The notes under the pieces were generated by a model, which saw nothing but the letters and a program-made list of their open reading frames with translations, made no database searches and was not told where the DNA came from. This document shows positions 63,499 through 64,000 of a stretch of 64,000 nucleotides of DNA, one piece after another. This DNA comes from Octopus vulgaris (Eukaryota), in NCBI GenBank assembly GCA_951406725.2, contig OX597820.1, positions 108,066,001 through 108,130,000 on the forward strand. The letters are read 5' to 3'. The position numbers were made by a program, and so were the translations under genes. How positions within the stretch are numbered: the stretch's first letter is position 1; each line of letters starts with the position of its first letter.

Positions 63499-64000
63499 GG
63501 TCATGTGGCGAGAATGGATGAAGATAGTTGTGTGAAAAAGTGCCACACCCTAGCGGTTGAGGGAACCTGTGGAAGAGGCAGACCCAGGAAAACCTGGGAC
63601 GAGGTGGTGAAGCACGACCTTCGAACTTTAGGTCTCACTGAGGAAATGACTAGAGACCGAGACCTCTGGAAGTGTGCTGTGCCCGAGAAGACCCGGCAGG
63701 ACAAGTGAGTCCACAACCCGTGGCCTTCTACATGGGATGGAGCCAGCCTACGTATGCATACCTTCCCTTCTTGGGACACAAAACTCTACTTGTGAAGACG
63801 TGTTGAGGCAAGTGAGGATCAGAATCGAAATCGATCAATGGAAATTGCGGATGTGCTACCAGTGCCGGTGGCATGTCGAAACTCTGCTTGTGAAGACCCA
63901 TTGAGGCAAGTGAGGATCAGAATCGAAATCGATCAATGGAAATCGATCAATGGAAATTGCAGATGTGTTACCAGTGCCGGTGGCATGTAAGAGAACTTTC
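63499..64000 (+). mobile_element. RTE family A young 3' copy (runs off the window)
   Basis: GHVARMDEDSCVKKCHTLAVEGTCGRGRPRKTWDEVVKHDLR...RQDK*, with a ~98-bp tandem duplication at about 63780 and 63878. Confidence 0.9.

Overview
Eukaryotic, AT-rich, repeat-dense animal DNA. The SINE, RTE and Penelope repeat families suggest a coleoid cephalopod such as Octopus, but that is an inference. The only host gene I can support is the 5' part of nucleoprotein TPR (Megator/Mlp-like nuclear basket coiled-coil protein) on the + strand. It has 14 coding exons from 11480 to 61366. I spliced them by hand at GT-AG sites into one open frame of 1389 nt (463 codons), and the gene continues past the window end. 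The ORF track misses it because the exons are short. The rest is largely transposon debris: many copies of an RTE-clade LINE with a tandem-repeat 3' region, a near-intact CR1-type LINE, Tx1/L1-like LINEs, Ty3/Gypsy remnants, Penelope-like elements, Tc1/mariner and pogo/Tigger remnants, piggyBac-type MITEs and tRNA-derived SINEs. The most interesting hidden signal is a set of minimal type I hammerhead-ribozyme-like motifs in Penelope-like or retrozyme-like foldback and tandem modules; three of them lie in TPR introns. I found no CRISPR array or prokaryotic system. Repeat boundaries are approximate; exon boundaries were read base by base.
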